Source: an uncultured Mycoplasmataceae bacterium (GTDB lineage Bacteria > Bacillota_I > Bacilli_A > Mycoplasmatales > Mycoplasmoidaceae). From it: a DNA stretch of 24,000 nt. Both the position numbers and the translations under genes were made by a program. Each line of letters starts with the position of its first letter. The first letter of the stretch is position 1. Location: the NCBI GenBank assembly GCA_949290735.1, contig CASESV010000010.1, forward strand, positions 6,306 through 30,305, written 5' to 3'. Of the stretch, positions 1 through 10,513 are shown piece by piece. The notes under the pieces were generated by a model, which searched no databases, was not told where the DNA came from, and saw nothing but the letters and a program-made list of their open reading frames with translations.

Positions 1-2
1 AT

Positions 3-1841
3 GAAACTGCAAAAGAAATTTATGGAGAAAATTTACCTGAACAAGTATTATCAAGATTAGATAAAGAATTATCATCAATTATTTCAAATAACTTTTCTGT
101 AGTTTATTGAATAAGTCATTTGTTAGTAAAGAAATCATATGAAGATGGATACACAGTTGGTTCTAGAGGATCAGTAGGTTCTTCATTAGTTGCAACAATG
201 CTTAAAATAACTGATGTTAATCCTTTACCACCTCATTATATTTGCAATAAATGTAAGTATAGTGAATTTGTATCATTGCAAGATGATGGATTTGATTTAA
301 ATCCAAGTAAATGTCCAAACTGTGATGGAACTTTGTATGGTCAAGGACACGATATTCCTTTTGAAACTTTTCTAGGTTTTAAGGGAGACAAAACACCTGA
401 TATAGATTTAAATTTTTCTGGTCAATATCAACCTCAGGCACATAATTTTATTAGAGAAATTTTTGGAAAAGAAAGAGCTTTTAGAGCAGGTACTATTTCA
501 AAGATTGCTGAAAAAACCTGTTTCAGTATTGTAAGAGAGTATTTCAATGAAATTAATCAAATTGATGTTAAAAATTCATTAGTTCAATTGTATACAAAGA
601 AATGTGAAAATGTGAAGAGAACTACTGGACAACATCCTGGAGGAATTTTAGTTATTCCTAAGGAATATAGTGTATATGACTTTACTCCTTTTAATTTTCC
701 AGCAGATGATACTACTAGTGATTGATACACAACACATTATGCTTTTGAATATCTTCATGACAATTTATTAAAATTTGATATACTTGGACATGATAATCCA
801 ACTATATTAAAAATGCTAAAAGATATTACAGGTGTTGATGAAGCTTCAATTCCAAATAATGATCCAAATGTTTTAAAGTTATTTAGTTCACCTGAACCAC
901 TTAAATTAGTATATCCTGATTTTGTGAATTTTAAAAATGGAGCTATAACCATTCCAGAATTTGGAACAAAATTTGTTAGAGAAATGCTAGATGATACTAA
1001 ACCTCAATCATTTGCTGATTTAATTAGAATTTCAGGATTAAGTCATGGTACTAATGTTTATTTAGGAAATGCTAAAGATTTAATTAAAAAACAAAATTTA
1101 AAACTAAAAGATGTGATTGGATGTAGAGACGATATTATGATTTATTTAATACATAAGGGTATTGATGATTCAACTGCTTTTAAAATTATGGAAGATGTAA
1201 GAAAAGGTAAAAAACTTAAAGAGGAATATATGGACTTAATGAGAGCTAAAAATGTTCCTGAATGATATATAGATTCATGTAATAAAATTGAGTATATGTT
1301 TCCAAAAGCACATGCAACTGCATATGTAATGCATGCATGAAAATTCGCTTGATACAAAATATATCATCCACTACCATATTATAGTGTTTTTTTAACAACA
1401 AAAGCTGAATCAATAGAAATAGATGTTATAGCAAAAGGTAAAGAATCAATAAAAGCAAGAATTGATCAAATAAATTCATTATTATCAAATAAGGAAACAG
1501 CTAAAAATGTTAAACAAAAAGAAATTAATTCTATTGCTATTCTTGAAGTTTGTTTGGAAATGGCTTGTAGAGGGATTAATATTAAAAAACCTGATATATT
1601 TTTATCAGATTCTACAAATTATATAATTCATAATAATGAAATCATTGCTCCTTTTAATTGCATAGATGGATTAGGAGATGATATTGCAAAAACTGTTGTT
1701 TTAGCAAGACAGGAAAAACCATTTTCTTCATTGCAAGATGTTATTGATAGAACTAAGTTAAATAAAACTAGTATTGCTAGATTAGAAGAGTTAGGAGTAT
1801 TTGATGGATTACCAAAAAGTAATCAATCATCACTTATGTAG
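3..1841 (+). CDS. polC: DNA polymerase III PolC-type alpha subunit, C-terminal part (5' end lies outside the window)
   Basis: ORF-track pieces 120-725, 813-1265 and 1554-1841 are all in frame 3. They join through in-frame TGA (Trp) codons into one frame open from base 3. Sequence such as [27 protein letters not shown], the CNKCKY..CPNCDG zinc module, [11 protein letters not shown], and a C-terminal helix-hairpin-helix-like tail is typical of Gram-positive PolC. TAG stop at 1839-1841. Confidence 0.93.
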
Positions 1842-1846
1842 TTAAT

Positions 1847-2335
1847 ATGATATATATAAATTTAATACCAAGGTCTTTGTGATATTTAAATTTAAGGAAA
1901 TTATTAACTGATAATCAGTGAAAAAAACTTTCTCAGCAAATTAAAGAAGAGCAATCATATGTTTGTCAAGCATGTTCAATATCCATTAAACAATTAAAAA
2001 ATAAAAAATATTTTCATTGTCATGAAATGTGAGAATTTTGTGATGATGACTTGACTGTTAATCTTTTATGTCTAATAACATTATGTAGTCATTGTCATTT
2101 AGCAACTCATATAGGCTTTGCAAGTATAAATAATAAATATGATTTTGCTTTTAATCATTTGTGTAATGTTAATAAATGAGACCAGGAGACAGCAAAACTA
2201 TATATTGAAGCTAATTTTGAACAATGGTCACAACGTTCAAATAAGAAATGAAAAATTAATATTGATTCATTCAATAATTGATTAGATGAAGATATGTTAG
2301 ATACATTAAAAATAAATTTGATTAAAAACTATTAA
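1847..2335 (+). CDS. Cys-rich HNH-like zinc-finger protein (162 aa), function unknown
   Basis: Not in the ORF track because it contains 5 in-frame TGA codons. With code 4 it reads MIYINLIPRSLWYLNLRKLL...YVCQACS...YFHCHEMWEFCDDD..VNLLCLITLCSHCHLATHIGF...KNY. The spacing CxxC...H-C-H-E...N...CxxCH..H fits a beta-beta-alpha-Me (HNH) zinc-nuclease layout. ATG lies 5 nt after the polC stop. TAA at 2333-2335. Confidence 0.6.
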
Positions 2336-3120
2336 AACAATTTCTTGAATTCGTTTTTAATTTCTTGCTCTGTATAGTGAATGTATCTAGCGGTTGTGTT
2401 AATGTTGGAATGTCCTAATAATTCACTAACAATTTTAATATCAATATTAGCTCTTAGTAAATTAGTTGCAAAACTTCTTCTTAATGAATGAGGTGTAATC
2501 TGTTTATTAAAAAATTGTTTGCCCAATTCTTTAATAATATAAATAATTTGTTTATTTGATAATTTTTTATTATTTTTATTAATATTAATTTCATCATATG
2601 GTCATGATTTCAATAAATACATTAACTTATCATTCAAATAAATACTTCGATATTTACTCCCCTTACATTTTATGTAAATTTTTTCATTTTTAATTTTTGA
2701 TATTTTAAACTCATTAAGTTCATTTACTCTAATCCCAGTCATAAACAAAACACAAAAGATTAATCAATTTCTTCTTTTAATAAAATTTTGTGGAAAATAA
2801 TTTTCTAATACATTATTAAAATCATTAATTGTAATTGTTTCTTTATACTCAGGTTGTTGTTTAGGTAATCTAATATCTCTGCATTCATTTATTAATTTAT
2901 ATCATTTCATAAACTTAAAAAATGATAATAAACTACAATACATTAAATGCACACTATTCGGTTTATGATATTGTGCATAGTAATTCATAAATTTTACAAA
3001 TAGCTCCTTATCTATTTTATTTTTTTTAATAAAATCATTTCATATCTTTAAGTTTATTAAATATACTCTAATGGTTTCATTACTTAAATTTCTACATTTT
3101 AAATAGTTTTCATATGTCAT
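2332..3120 (-). CDS. Tyrosine site-specific recombinase (XerC/XerD/integrase family), 262 aa
   Basis: The track ORF 2332-2526 gives the C-terminus ...TPHSLRRSFATNLL...LLGHSNINTTARYIHY (HxxR, GH and catalytic Tyr). Read-through of TGA extends the frame to the ATG at 3120-3118 (MTYENYLKCRNLSNETIRVY..., a SAM-like N-terminal domain). The internal motif MTGIRVNEL supplies the first catalytic Arg. I checked the N-terminal (3061-3120), 2710-2763 and 2527-2613 stretches codon by codon; the rest I scanned by eye without seeing a TAA or TAG. Confidence 0.88.
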
Positions 3121-3196
3121 ACATTATATAAATCACTTAAAATAATATTTTTTTTCTATTTTTTTCATTTTTTTATAATATTAATATAATTTAGAT

Positions 3197-3862
3197 ATGA
3201 GCTATAATCAATTATTTTATAGAAAAAATACGTCAAAAATTAGCAATATTAACTATGTAAATAGTGTCTTTGATTCATTAAATAAATCAAATATTGAGAA
3301 AATAAATATTAAAAAAGTAATGAATCTATATAATCCTAAATATGCAGATTGATTTGTTTGATATCGATTTAGCTTACTTAATAATTGATTCAAAGAAAAT
3401 TATAATTTAGATAGTTTTAATTTCTATGAAAGCTTAACCAACATAATTAGAAATTTAAATTTGTTAGATTTTTTAAATGCAAAAGAGAAAAATTTTTTAA
3501 TTAATTTGAAATCTCAAAATTTTACGAAATTAAGAAATTTAAAAACACTTATGGTTGATTTTGAACTTAAAAAATTTGAACATGTATACTTTCATTATCG
3601 AAAAATAAAGTTTGATGCACATTATATTAAATCTAAAGAAACTGATCTTTATCTTAGTAACAATAGAATAATTTTAACTTTTAGAAATGAGATTATTAGT
3701 TTATATTATGAAGATATTGAAAATATTACATGAGAACAAAATGGTTTTTATATAAAATTAAATAATAGTGTTTTCAAGATTACTACTAATAAAAACCAAA
3801 TTATTAAAATATCTTTAGAAATTATTTTTAAAATGATTAAGAAAGAAATACTATGAACATAA
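3197..3862 (+). CDS. Hypothetical protein (221 aa), possibly with a bacterial PH-like C-terminal domain
   Basis: ATG at 3197 is in the same frame as track ORF 3461-3733. In-frame TGAs occur at about 3350, 3359, 3386, 3731 and 3854. Stop TAA at 3860-3862. The C-terminal pattern LYLSNNRIILTF..ISLYYEDIENITWEQNGFYIKL..VFKITT resembles bPH/GRAM-type domains, a weak by-eye call. The gene overlaps the uvrC start by 10 nt. Confidence 0.6.
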
Positions 3863-5625
3863 AAGAAAAATTATCAACAATTCCCGAAAAACCAGGTTGT
3901 TATCTTTGAAAAGATAAATTTGGAACCATTCTTTATATAGGAAAAGCAAAAAATTTAAAGAAAAGAACAAATCAATATTTTAATAAAGCTTATGATGGTA
4001 AAACACATAAACTTGTTTCTTTGATTGATGATATTGAATTCATAGTTGTTGATAATGAAAATGAATCTTTAATATTAGAAAACAATTTAATTAAAAAATA
4101 CAAACCTCAATATAATATTTTATTAAAGGAAGGTAGCAATAATTTTCCATATATAGTTGTTACAAATGAAAAAAATCCAAGATTACTTTATACAAAAAAA
4201 TATAACTTGATAAAAGGGAAATATTATGGTCCATTTGCAAACACAAATAATTTTAATGCTTTTGATTTATATAAACTTTTAAACAAATTATTTGCATTAA
4301 GAAAGTGTCAGAAATTACCAAATAAAGAGTGTTTATATTATCATTTAAATCAATGTTTAGGTCCTTGTATCATTGATGTTTCAAAAAATGATTATGATGA
4401 AATCATTAATAATATAGATAATATTTTTAAAGGTCATACAAAATATTTAATAACTAAACTAACAATACAAGAAAAACAAGCAGCTGCGAATTTAGAATTT
4501 GAAAAGGCAAAACTTTTTAAGGATCAAGTAGATATTATAAAAGCAATTGAAAAGAATAAAATTGCTGAAATAAATAAATCAATTAATATTGATATTATAG
4601 GATACTATACAAACAATAATCAAATATGTATCATTATTTTTAATTACATAGATGGAAAATTATTGGCTAAACATCATTTTATAAATGATTTTTATAATGA
4701 TGATATTAACGAAATAGTTGTTAGCTATTTAAATCAATATTATGCAAGTTCGTTATGTCCAAAAGAGGTTTATTTAAATATTGATGATGAAAATAAAGAG
4801 TTATTGATGAATTTATATGGATTTAAAGTTATTAGTCCATCAAAAGGTGTTTATCTTGAAATTTTAAAAAATGCTATTGATAATGCAAAAGAATATCTAA
4901 GTCAAAACAATTCTAAAATTAATGATAATTATAATAGAACAATTGGAGCTCAAGAAGAACTAAGAAAAGCTTTAGGTATGAATAAGTTAAATCACATTGA
5001 GATGATAGATAATTCAAATATTTTCTTAGAAAATCCAGTAAGTGGAGTTGTAGTATTTATTAATGGGCAAGCTAACAAAAAATTATATAGAAAATATAAC
5101 TTAAATAATTCAGATTTACTTAAATCAGATTATCACTTTATGCAGGAAGTTATTGTTAGAAGATATTCAAAGTTAAAGGAGATGCCTGATTTGATTATAT
5201 TAGATGGTGGTAAGCATCAAATAAGTGCTGCAAAAGAAATAATAAATCAATTAGAACTAAAAAAAATACCAAAAATTATTGGATTAGTAAAAAATGATAA
5301 ACATACTACAGAAGCAATTATTGATGATAATTTTAATAAATTTGAACTTGACAAAAAAAGTTATTTATATTTATTTTTATGTCACATGCAAAATGAAGTT
5401 CACCGATTCGCGATTAATTTTTTTAGAAAAAAATCATTGAAATCTAAAATGAACTCATTTTTAGATAATATTGAAGGAATTGGTGAACAATCTAAGAAAA
5501 AGATTTTAAAAATTTATCCAAATTTGTATGACTTAAAAAATGCTGATATTCAAACTATTGAACAAATAATTTCAAAAAAAGCAGCAAAAAATCTTATGAT
5601 AAAAATTAACAAGGAATTATTATAG
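3853..5625 (+). CDS. uvrC: Excinuclease ABC subunit C
   Basis: ATG at 3853 is in frame with track ORF 4021-5625 through one TGA. The N-terminus [38 protein letters not shown] is the GIY-YIG motif. Also present are a UVR-domain-like segment (EFEKAKLFKDQ), a central endonuclease region and a C-terminal HhH region (IEGIGEQSKKKIL). 590 aa. Confidence 0.93.
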
Positions 5626-5627
5626 AT

Positions 5628-6107
5628 ATGGCAAAAATATTAGTAGTTAGCGATACTCATGGTGATGAAAGTTGAATGAGTTTAATTAAAAATAATAATT
5701 TTGATTACATAATTCATGCTGGAGATCATTTATTAGGAAAAAAAATAAAAGATATAACAAATAATTATGTTGATGGCAATAATGATTGAGGAACAAAAAA
5801 TATTGATATTTTTGAAATTGAAAACCAAAAATTTGTACTGATTCATGGAGATGAACAACATTTATCCGGTTCAAACCCAGAGCATATATCTAAAAAATTG
5901 CATAATATTATAGAAAAATATAATCCAAACATTATAGTTTATGGACACACACACATCCCATTTATTTATAAATATAACAACACAGTTATTTTAAATCCAG
6001 GTAGCATGTCATATTCAAGACATGATGGTAACAAATATTACTTAGTTCTTGAATTAAATAGTAAAGGAATATTAAATGTTGAACAAATAAAATTTACTAA
6101 TCAATAA
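5628..6107 (+). CDS. YfcE/MJ0936-family metallophosphoesterase (159 aa)
   Basis: ATG at 5628 is in frame with track ORF 5898-6107 through two TGAs. Calcineurin-like motifs are present: ILVVSDTHGD, HAGD, GNND(W), LIHGD, YGHTH. Confidence 0.85.
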
Positions 6108-6450
6108 AGGTTAATGAATTATTGTTTTTATTTTTGCATTTAATTATGATTTTAACAATACACAAAATAATTAAACTAATTGATACAACACCACCAAAAC
6201 CTATTAGTGCCCATTCAAATCCAAATGTTTTTGTTTTTTCCTTTGTATCTTCTTGCTTTTCTTTTTCGACTTTAATTTGATTATTTTCTTCATCAATATT
6301 TGATGTTTTTATACTTCTTAGAATTTTTGATTCATAAAACTCATTATGATTATTAGAATTACTTAAATTTGAAGCAAGAACTGTTGTTAAACCAATAAAT
6401 GGTATAGCACAAGCTAATCATTTCATATTTCTTAAAAAATGTTTATTCAT
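6097..6450 (-). CDS. Small membrane or secreted protein (117 aa), hypothetical
   Basis: Not in the track because of one in-frame TGA. Minus-strand ATG at 6450-6448. It reads MNKHFLRNMKWLACAIPFIGLTTVLASN (signal-peptide-like), then a charged K/E-rich middle, then a C-terminal TM segment WALIGFGGVVSISLIILCIV. Stop TAG at 6099-6097. It overlaps the 3' end of the convergent phosphoesterase gene by 11 nt. Confidence 0.55.
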
Positions 6451-6674
6451 GTTTTCCTTTTTCTAGTTAAATATGCATTAACTACATAATATATTTTAAC
6501 TTAAAAAAGTAAATTTTAAAACTGTAAACTGTTGTTTTTAAAGACTTATATTATTGAATAATATAAAAAAATCACTATTCTTTATGAGTCAATTAAACAT
6601 AATGTATAAAAACATTTCTATATAATATAGAAAATAAATTATAATAATCTTGTATTTACATAAGGAGTAGTTTA

Positions 6675-7406
6675 ATGGAAAAAATCCCAACACCTCACAT
6701 TAGTGCATCCAAAAATGAGTTTGCAAAAATTGTTTTGATGCCAGGTGATCCTCTTCGTGCAAAATTTATAGCTGAAAATTTTTTAGAAAACGTTAGATTA
6801 GTAAATTCTGTGAGAGGAATGCTTGGTTATACAGGGACATATAAAGGAAAAGAAGTTTCTGTAATGGGACATGGTATGGGAATACCTTCAATTGGTATCT
6901 ATTCATATGAATTATTTGCTTTTTATGATGTTGACTTAATTATAAGAGTTGGTTCTTGTGGTTCTTTTCAAAAAGATTTGAATCTTGGAGATATCATTAT
7001 TGCAAACCAAGCTATAAGTGATTCTACTTATGCAAAGTCTATGAACTTTTCTATTAAATCAAAAACGATTGACTCTACTCCGGCAATAACTGCTTTATCT
7101 GAAGAGGTAGCAAAAAATCTTAATATTAATTTTAAAAAAGGTCTTGTTTTGAGTTCTGATGCTTTTTATGGTTCATACAACTCAAAAAAAATATCAAAAA
7201 AAATTAAATCAAAGAAATTGCTTGCTGTAGAAATGGAAGCGTTTGCCCTTTATGTAAATGCAAGAAAATTAAACAAAGAAGCTTTGACTATTTTAACTGT
7301 CTCTGATTCATTGGTTAGTGATGAAAAAATGGATTCTAACCAAAGACAAATGGGTTTTAGTCAAATGATTAGTTTTGCTTTAGAAATTGCAAATCAAAGA
7401 AAATAG
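6675..7406 (+). CDS. deoD: Purine nucleoside phosphorylase, DeoD type
   Basis: Uninterrupted 243-aa ORF. TPHISA...[15 protein letters not shown]...[26 protein letters not shown]...RVGSCG...[10 protein letters not shown] are DeoD hallmarks. AAGGAG Shine-Dalgarno at 6662-6667. Confidence 0.93.
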   Translation: MEKIPTPHISASKNEFAKIVLMPGDPLRAKFIAENFLENVRLVNSVRGMLGYTGTYKGKEVSVMGHGMGIPSIGIYSYELFAFYDVDLIIRVGSCGSFQKDLNLGDIIIANQAISDSTYAKSMNFSIKSKTIDSTPAITALSEEVAKNLNINFKKGLVLSSDAFYGSYNSKKISKKIKSKKLLAVEMEAFALYVNARKLNKEALTILTVSDSLVSDEKMDSNQRQMGFSQMISFALEIANQRK

Positions 7407-7415
7407 GAGAAAAAA

Positions 7416-8681
7416 ATGAAAGATGTAAAAATTAAACAAGTTTTTGCTTATCATCAATTTGATTCACGTGGTTTTCCAACTGTAGCAGTTCAAGTTATTG
7501 GTGATAATGGTCTATCTGCTAAAGCTTTAGTTCCATCTGGAGCATCAACTGGTATTAAAGAAGCAGTTGAATTAAGAGATGGAAAAAAAGATGAATTTTT
7601 AGGAAAAGGAGTTAGTAAAGCTATTAAAAACGTAAATAGTATTATTGCTCCTAAAGTTAAAAATAAAAGCGTTTTTGATCAAAGAAAAATTGATGACTTA
7701 ATGATTAAATTAGATGGCACTCCAAATAAAGGTAAATTGGGAGCAAATGCAATCCTTGCTGTATCTTTAGCTGTTGCTCATTTAGCAGCAAAATCATTAA
7801 ACAAAGAATTATATAGATATATTGCTGAAGATTTACAAGGTAATGATGCATTTAAATATAAAGCACCAAGAATTATGGTTAACATCATTAATGGTGGAGC
7901 TCATGCTAATAATATGCTTGACTTTCAAGAATTTATGCTTGTACCTAAACAAACTTCAATTTATAATCAAACAAAAATGTCTAGTGAAATTTTTCATGCT
8001 TTAGGAAAAATCCTAAAAGAAATGAAATACCCAACTGGTAAAGGTGATGAAGGTGGATATGATACAGGAATAAAATCTGTTGAAGAAGGTTTTGAATGCT
8101 TAATGAAAGCAGTTAAAAATGCGAAATATAAGCCAGGTACAGATATGTTTTTTGCTTTAGATGTTGCTGCAAGTGAGTTCTGTTCTAAAAACTTGTATAC
8201 ATTTAAAGTTAACCCTAAAAAATCATTAACTGTTGATGAAATGATTGATTTCTATGTTGATTTAGTTAATGAGTACCCAATCATTTCAATTGAAGATCCA
8301 CTTGATGAAAAAGACTTTAAAGGTTTTGCACAAGTTACTAAGACATTAAAAGGTGTACAAATTGTTGGTGATGATCTTTATTGTACTAATAAAGAAATTC
8401 TTGCTAAAGGTATTGAAGAAAAAGCAACAAATGCAATTCTTATTAAACTTAACCAAATTGGTTCATTGTCTGAAACATTAGATACTATAAATTTAGCTAA
8501 AGCTAATAAACAAAAAGTAATTATTAGCCACCGTTCAGGTGAAACTGAAGACACAACTATTGCTGATTTAGCTGTGGGAACAAATGCTGAATTTATTAAA
8601 ACAGGATCATTTAGCCGTTCAGAAAGATTATGTAAATATAATCGTCTTTTAGAAATTGAAATAGCTGAAACTAAAAAATAA
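7416..8681 (+). CDS. eno: Enolase (phosphopyruvate hydratase)
   Basis: Uninterrupted 421-aa ORF. DSRGFPTVAV, PSGASTG..EAVELRDG, GGAHA, GDEGG, VGDDL, IKLNQIGSLSET and SHRSGETEDTTIADLAV are all present. AGGAG lies 7 nt upstream. The gene is 9 nt downstream of deoD, so probably in one operon. Confidence 0.95.
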   Translation: MKDVKIKQVFAYHQFDSRGFPTVAVQVIGDNGLSAKALVPSGASTGIKEAVELRDGKKDEFLGKGVSKAIKNVNSIIAPKVKNKSVFDQRKIDDLMIKLDGTPNKGKLGANAILAVSLAVAHLAAKSLNKELYRYIAEDLQGNDAFKYKAPRIMVNIINGGAHANNMLDFQEFMLVPKQTSIYNQTKMSSEIFHALGKILKEMKYPTGKGDEGGYDTGIKSVEEGFECLMKAVKNAKYKPGTDMFFALDVAASEFCSKNLYTFKVNPKKSLTVDEMIDFYVDLVNEYPIISIEDPLDEKDFKGFAQVTKTLKGVQIVGDDLYCTNKEILAKGIEEKATNAILIKLNQIGSLSETLDTINLAKANKQKVIISHRSGETEDTTIADLAVGTNAEFIKTGSFSRSERLCKYNRLLEIEIAETKK

Positions 8682-8711
8682 TTTTTAATCTTAAATAATA
8701 TATATAAAAGT

Positions 8712-8738
8712 AGTGGCTATTTAGGCCATTATTTTTAT
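8712..8738 (+). terminator. Putative rho-independent terminator after eno
   Basis: AGTGGC-TATTTAG-GCCATT hairpin (6-bp stem including one G-U pair) followed by ATTTTTAT. It lies 30 nt after the eno stop. Confidence 0.45.
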
Positions 8739-8826
8739 ATTAAATCCAGATTCTTAATATTTTTTTGCAATATTGTCAAAATTTTAGTTTATAATTAAGT
8801 GGTATTAGCATAGAGGAGAGTAAAAA

Positions 8827-10488
8827 ATGTTTAACTCAAACAACACATTAGGTAATCAAAATAATCAACCAACAAACCAAGAAGGGGTTGTTAAACCAAG
8901 ATTAATTAAGAAAAATTCAAATAATAATGCAAATGTGAATAGCACTAATCCAACAAATGTGCAAACAATTTCTGGTGTTAATCCAACTAGTTCATTTACA
9001 TCTAATAGATCAAATTTAGGTACAATGGATGTAGCTAAAACACCAAATACTACAAACACAATTCCATCTGCTAATTCTATTGGACATAATTTTACTATTG
9101 ATGGTCAACTTAACAATAATGTTGAAGAAAAAGTTGCTCAATTATCTTTGCAAATGAATCAGGTTATTGTTAGACCTTACTTACAACAAGCTCTTGATTA
9201 TTTAAGAACTTCTAAGCATGATTCAATTAATGCATATAACCAATTATCAGATCAAATTGCAAATGAAATTAGAATCATTAGCCAAAACACTCAACAAATT
9301 TCAGCATCATTAAAAGAAGCGCAAGATGTTGTAGCTAGAACTCAAGAAATTATTCGTAATAAGTATAACAATGCGCTTGAGGAAGAAATTTCTTCTGGAG
9401 CTCTAAATCTTGATTATGAATACAATATTGTTGCTGAACATTATGAGTTATCTTTACAATTAACTCAAGAACTTTCTAGATACAAAGCTAGAATTGACTC
9501 TTTATTATCTACTCAAGGAATGTTAGATGAATCAATTGTTCCATCTATAAGTAGACTTCAACTTGAAATTGATAATTTAGAATTATTACTTCATAGTTTT
9601 GATTCAAGTGATTATGCTGATATTTTAGCTAAAAAAACAGGAACATCAGTTTCTAAGAAAACAGCGCCTAATAATGATTTCAAAACTCGTTCAGATGAAT
9701 TAAATAAAATGGTAGCTGCTTCATCTATTAATTCATTAGATAATTTTGAACAACAAAATTTACATTTAAATGAAATGAATAGAAATGTTGGTCCAAATGA
9801 AAACATGATCAGAACTAATCAAGTAAATCCAAATAATAATCCAAACAACAATTATCAAAATCAACAATTTGTAGAAAATAACTATTACAATGATCAAAAT
9901 AATCAAAGATTTAATAGAAAAAATAAAAATACTATTAATAACAACCAAAACTATAACAATCAGTATGTAAACAATAGTCAATTTGTTTATGAAGAACCAA
10001 TGAACCAACAAGCTCAACAAATGAATTATGGAAACTACAATGGTCCAGCTCCAATGTCTAGAAAAGAAGCAAAAATGATTGAAAAACTTCGTGAACAACA
10101 ATTAAAATTTGAAACAATGATGAGAATGAATGAAATGATTTTTGCTTATAACAAATCAATTGATGAAATGATTTTAAAACAAAAAGAATATGAAGCAGCT
10201 CATAGAGAACAATTAGCAGACGCTGAAAGAAGATATGGAAATATTGCTAGTGATCAAACAACAGTTTACCCATCAACTAATTCAAGAAATAATTTAAAGA
10301 GTGATGATGTATTTGCAAAAAAACAAGTTTATGAATCAAACGCACCTATTGAAACAGTTGCAGATAATTTAAAAAGATCGAATGTTGATAAAGTATTTGT
10401 TGTAAGACAAGCTGAACCAATTACTGAAGATCAAGCAAAAGAACTTAAAAAAAGAGGTTCTGTAAGATCTATTAAAGTAGTGAAATAG
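8827..10488 (+). CDS. Asn/Gln-rich coiled-coil protein (553 aa), hypothetical
   Basis: Uninterrupted ORF with GGAG about 10 nt upstream. No signal peptide or TM segment. The N-terminus is N/T/S-rich. The central part has heptad-like segments (residues about 100-260). There is a strongly N/Q/Y-rich low-complexity block (NNNPNNNYQNQQFVENNYYNDQNNQ...NYNNQYVNNSQ) and a charged C-terminal helical region. No recognisable family. Confidence 0.8.
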   Translation: MFNSNNTLGNQNNQPTNQEGVVKPRLIKKNSNNNANVNSTNPTNVQTISGVNPTSSFTSNRSNLGTMDVAKTPNTTNTIPSANSIGHNFTIDGQLNNNVEEKVAQLSLQMNQVIVRPYLQQALDYLRTSKHDSINAYNQLSDQIANEIRIISQNTQQISASLKEAQDVVARTQEIIRNKYNNALEEEISSGALNLDYEYNIVAEHYELSLQLTQELSRYKARIDSLLSTQGMLDESIVPSISRLQLEIDNLELLLHSFDSSDYADILAKKTGTSVSKKTAPNNDFKTRSDELNKMVAASSINSLDNFEQQNLHLNEMNRNVGPNENMIRTNQVNPNNNPNNNYQNQQFVENNYYNDQNNQRFNRKNKNTINNNQNYNNQYVNNSQFVYEEPMNQQAQQMNYGNYNGPAPMSRKEAKMIEKLREQQLKFETMMRMNEMIFAYNKSIDEMILKQKEYEAAHREQLADAERRYGNIASDQTTVYPSTNSRNNLKSDDVFAKKQVYESNAPIETVADNLKRSNVDKVFVVRQAEPITEDQAKELKKRGSVRSIKVVK

Positions 10489-10513
10489 TATTAATAAATT
10501 ATATAAGTTTTGT

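Noticed and set aside
755-1357. Minus-strand ORFs 755-952 and 1142-1357, antisense to polC.
   Set aside because: They lie entirely within the well-supported polC frame, have low-complexity hydrophobic composition and no recognisable motifs. They are typical shadow ORFs of AT-rich DNA.
2789-2797. An additional TTTTCCACA (minus strand) DnaA-box-like 9-mer.
   Set aside because: It is an isolated single 9-mer inside the recombinase coding sequence, at the frequency expected by chance. It is not part of a cluster.
3148-3179. Three T-tracts (T8, T7, T7) abutting a TATAAT in the recombinase/hypothetical divergent promoter, considered as a slipped-strand phase-variation switch.
   Set aside because: Homopolymers of 7-8 nt are common throughout this AT-rich window, including inside coaD and ftsZ. 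Known mycoplasma switches use longer tracts, and there is no evidence of length polymorphism from a single sequence.
1842-3200. Direct or inverted repeats flanking the recombinase/HNH insert, as att sites or invertible-element boundaries.
   Set aside because: Only short TTAATAT-type low-complexity similarities are visible at 1842-1860 and 3180-3196. These are not distinguishable from AT-rich background.
5686-5874. Minus-strand ORF 5686-5874.
   Set aside because: It is antisense to the metallophosphoesterase gene, whose motifs (HAGD, GNNDW, LIHGD) span this interval. It is a shadow ORF.
6519-6532. A tandem AAACTGT-AAACTGT containing TGTAAACT, reminiscent of the right arm of the Bacillus dif site. 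I considered it as a Xer target.
   Set aside because: Only the 8-mer matches. The left arm and central region of a dif-like 28-mer are absent, and it lies 3.4 kb from the recombinase gene.
6615-6633. A 19-bp perfect palindrome, TTTCTATAT-A-ATATAGAAA, over a TATAAT upstream of deoD, considered as a possible operator.
   Set aside because: With 9-bp arms made almost entirely of A and T, my rough expectation is on the order of one such palindrome per window by chance. It is not distinguishable from background.
6451-6674. A possible purine riboswitch or other leader RNA upstream of deoD.
   Set aside because: The 224-bp leader is nearly pure A/T. It has no G/C-containing helices and none of the conserved purine-riboswitch core nucleotides.
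7822-8004. Plus-strand out-of-frame ORF inside eno.
   Set aside because: It overlaps the enolase frame, which carries conserved motifs here (GGAHANN). Its product is low-complexity with no homology signal.
8865-10101. Minus-strand ORFs 8865-9059, 9612-9806 and 9766-10101, antisense to the N/Q-rich gene.
   Set aside because: AAT/CAA-rich sense codons give I/L/V/F-rich antisense frames automatically. None has a start context or independent support.
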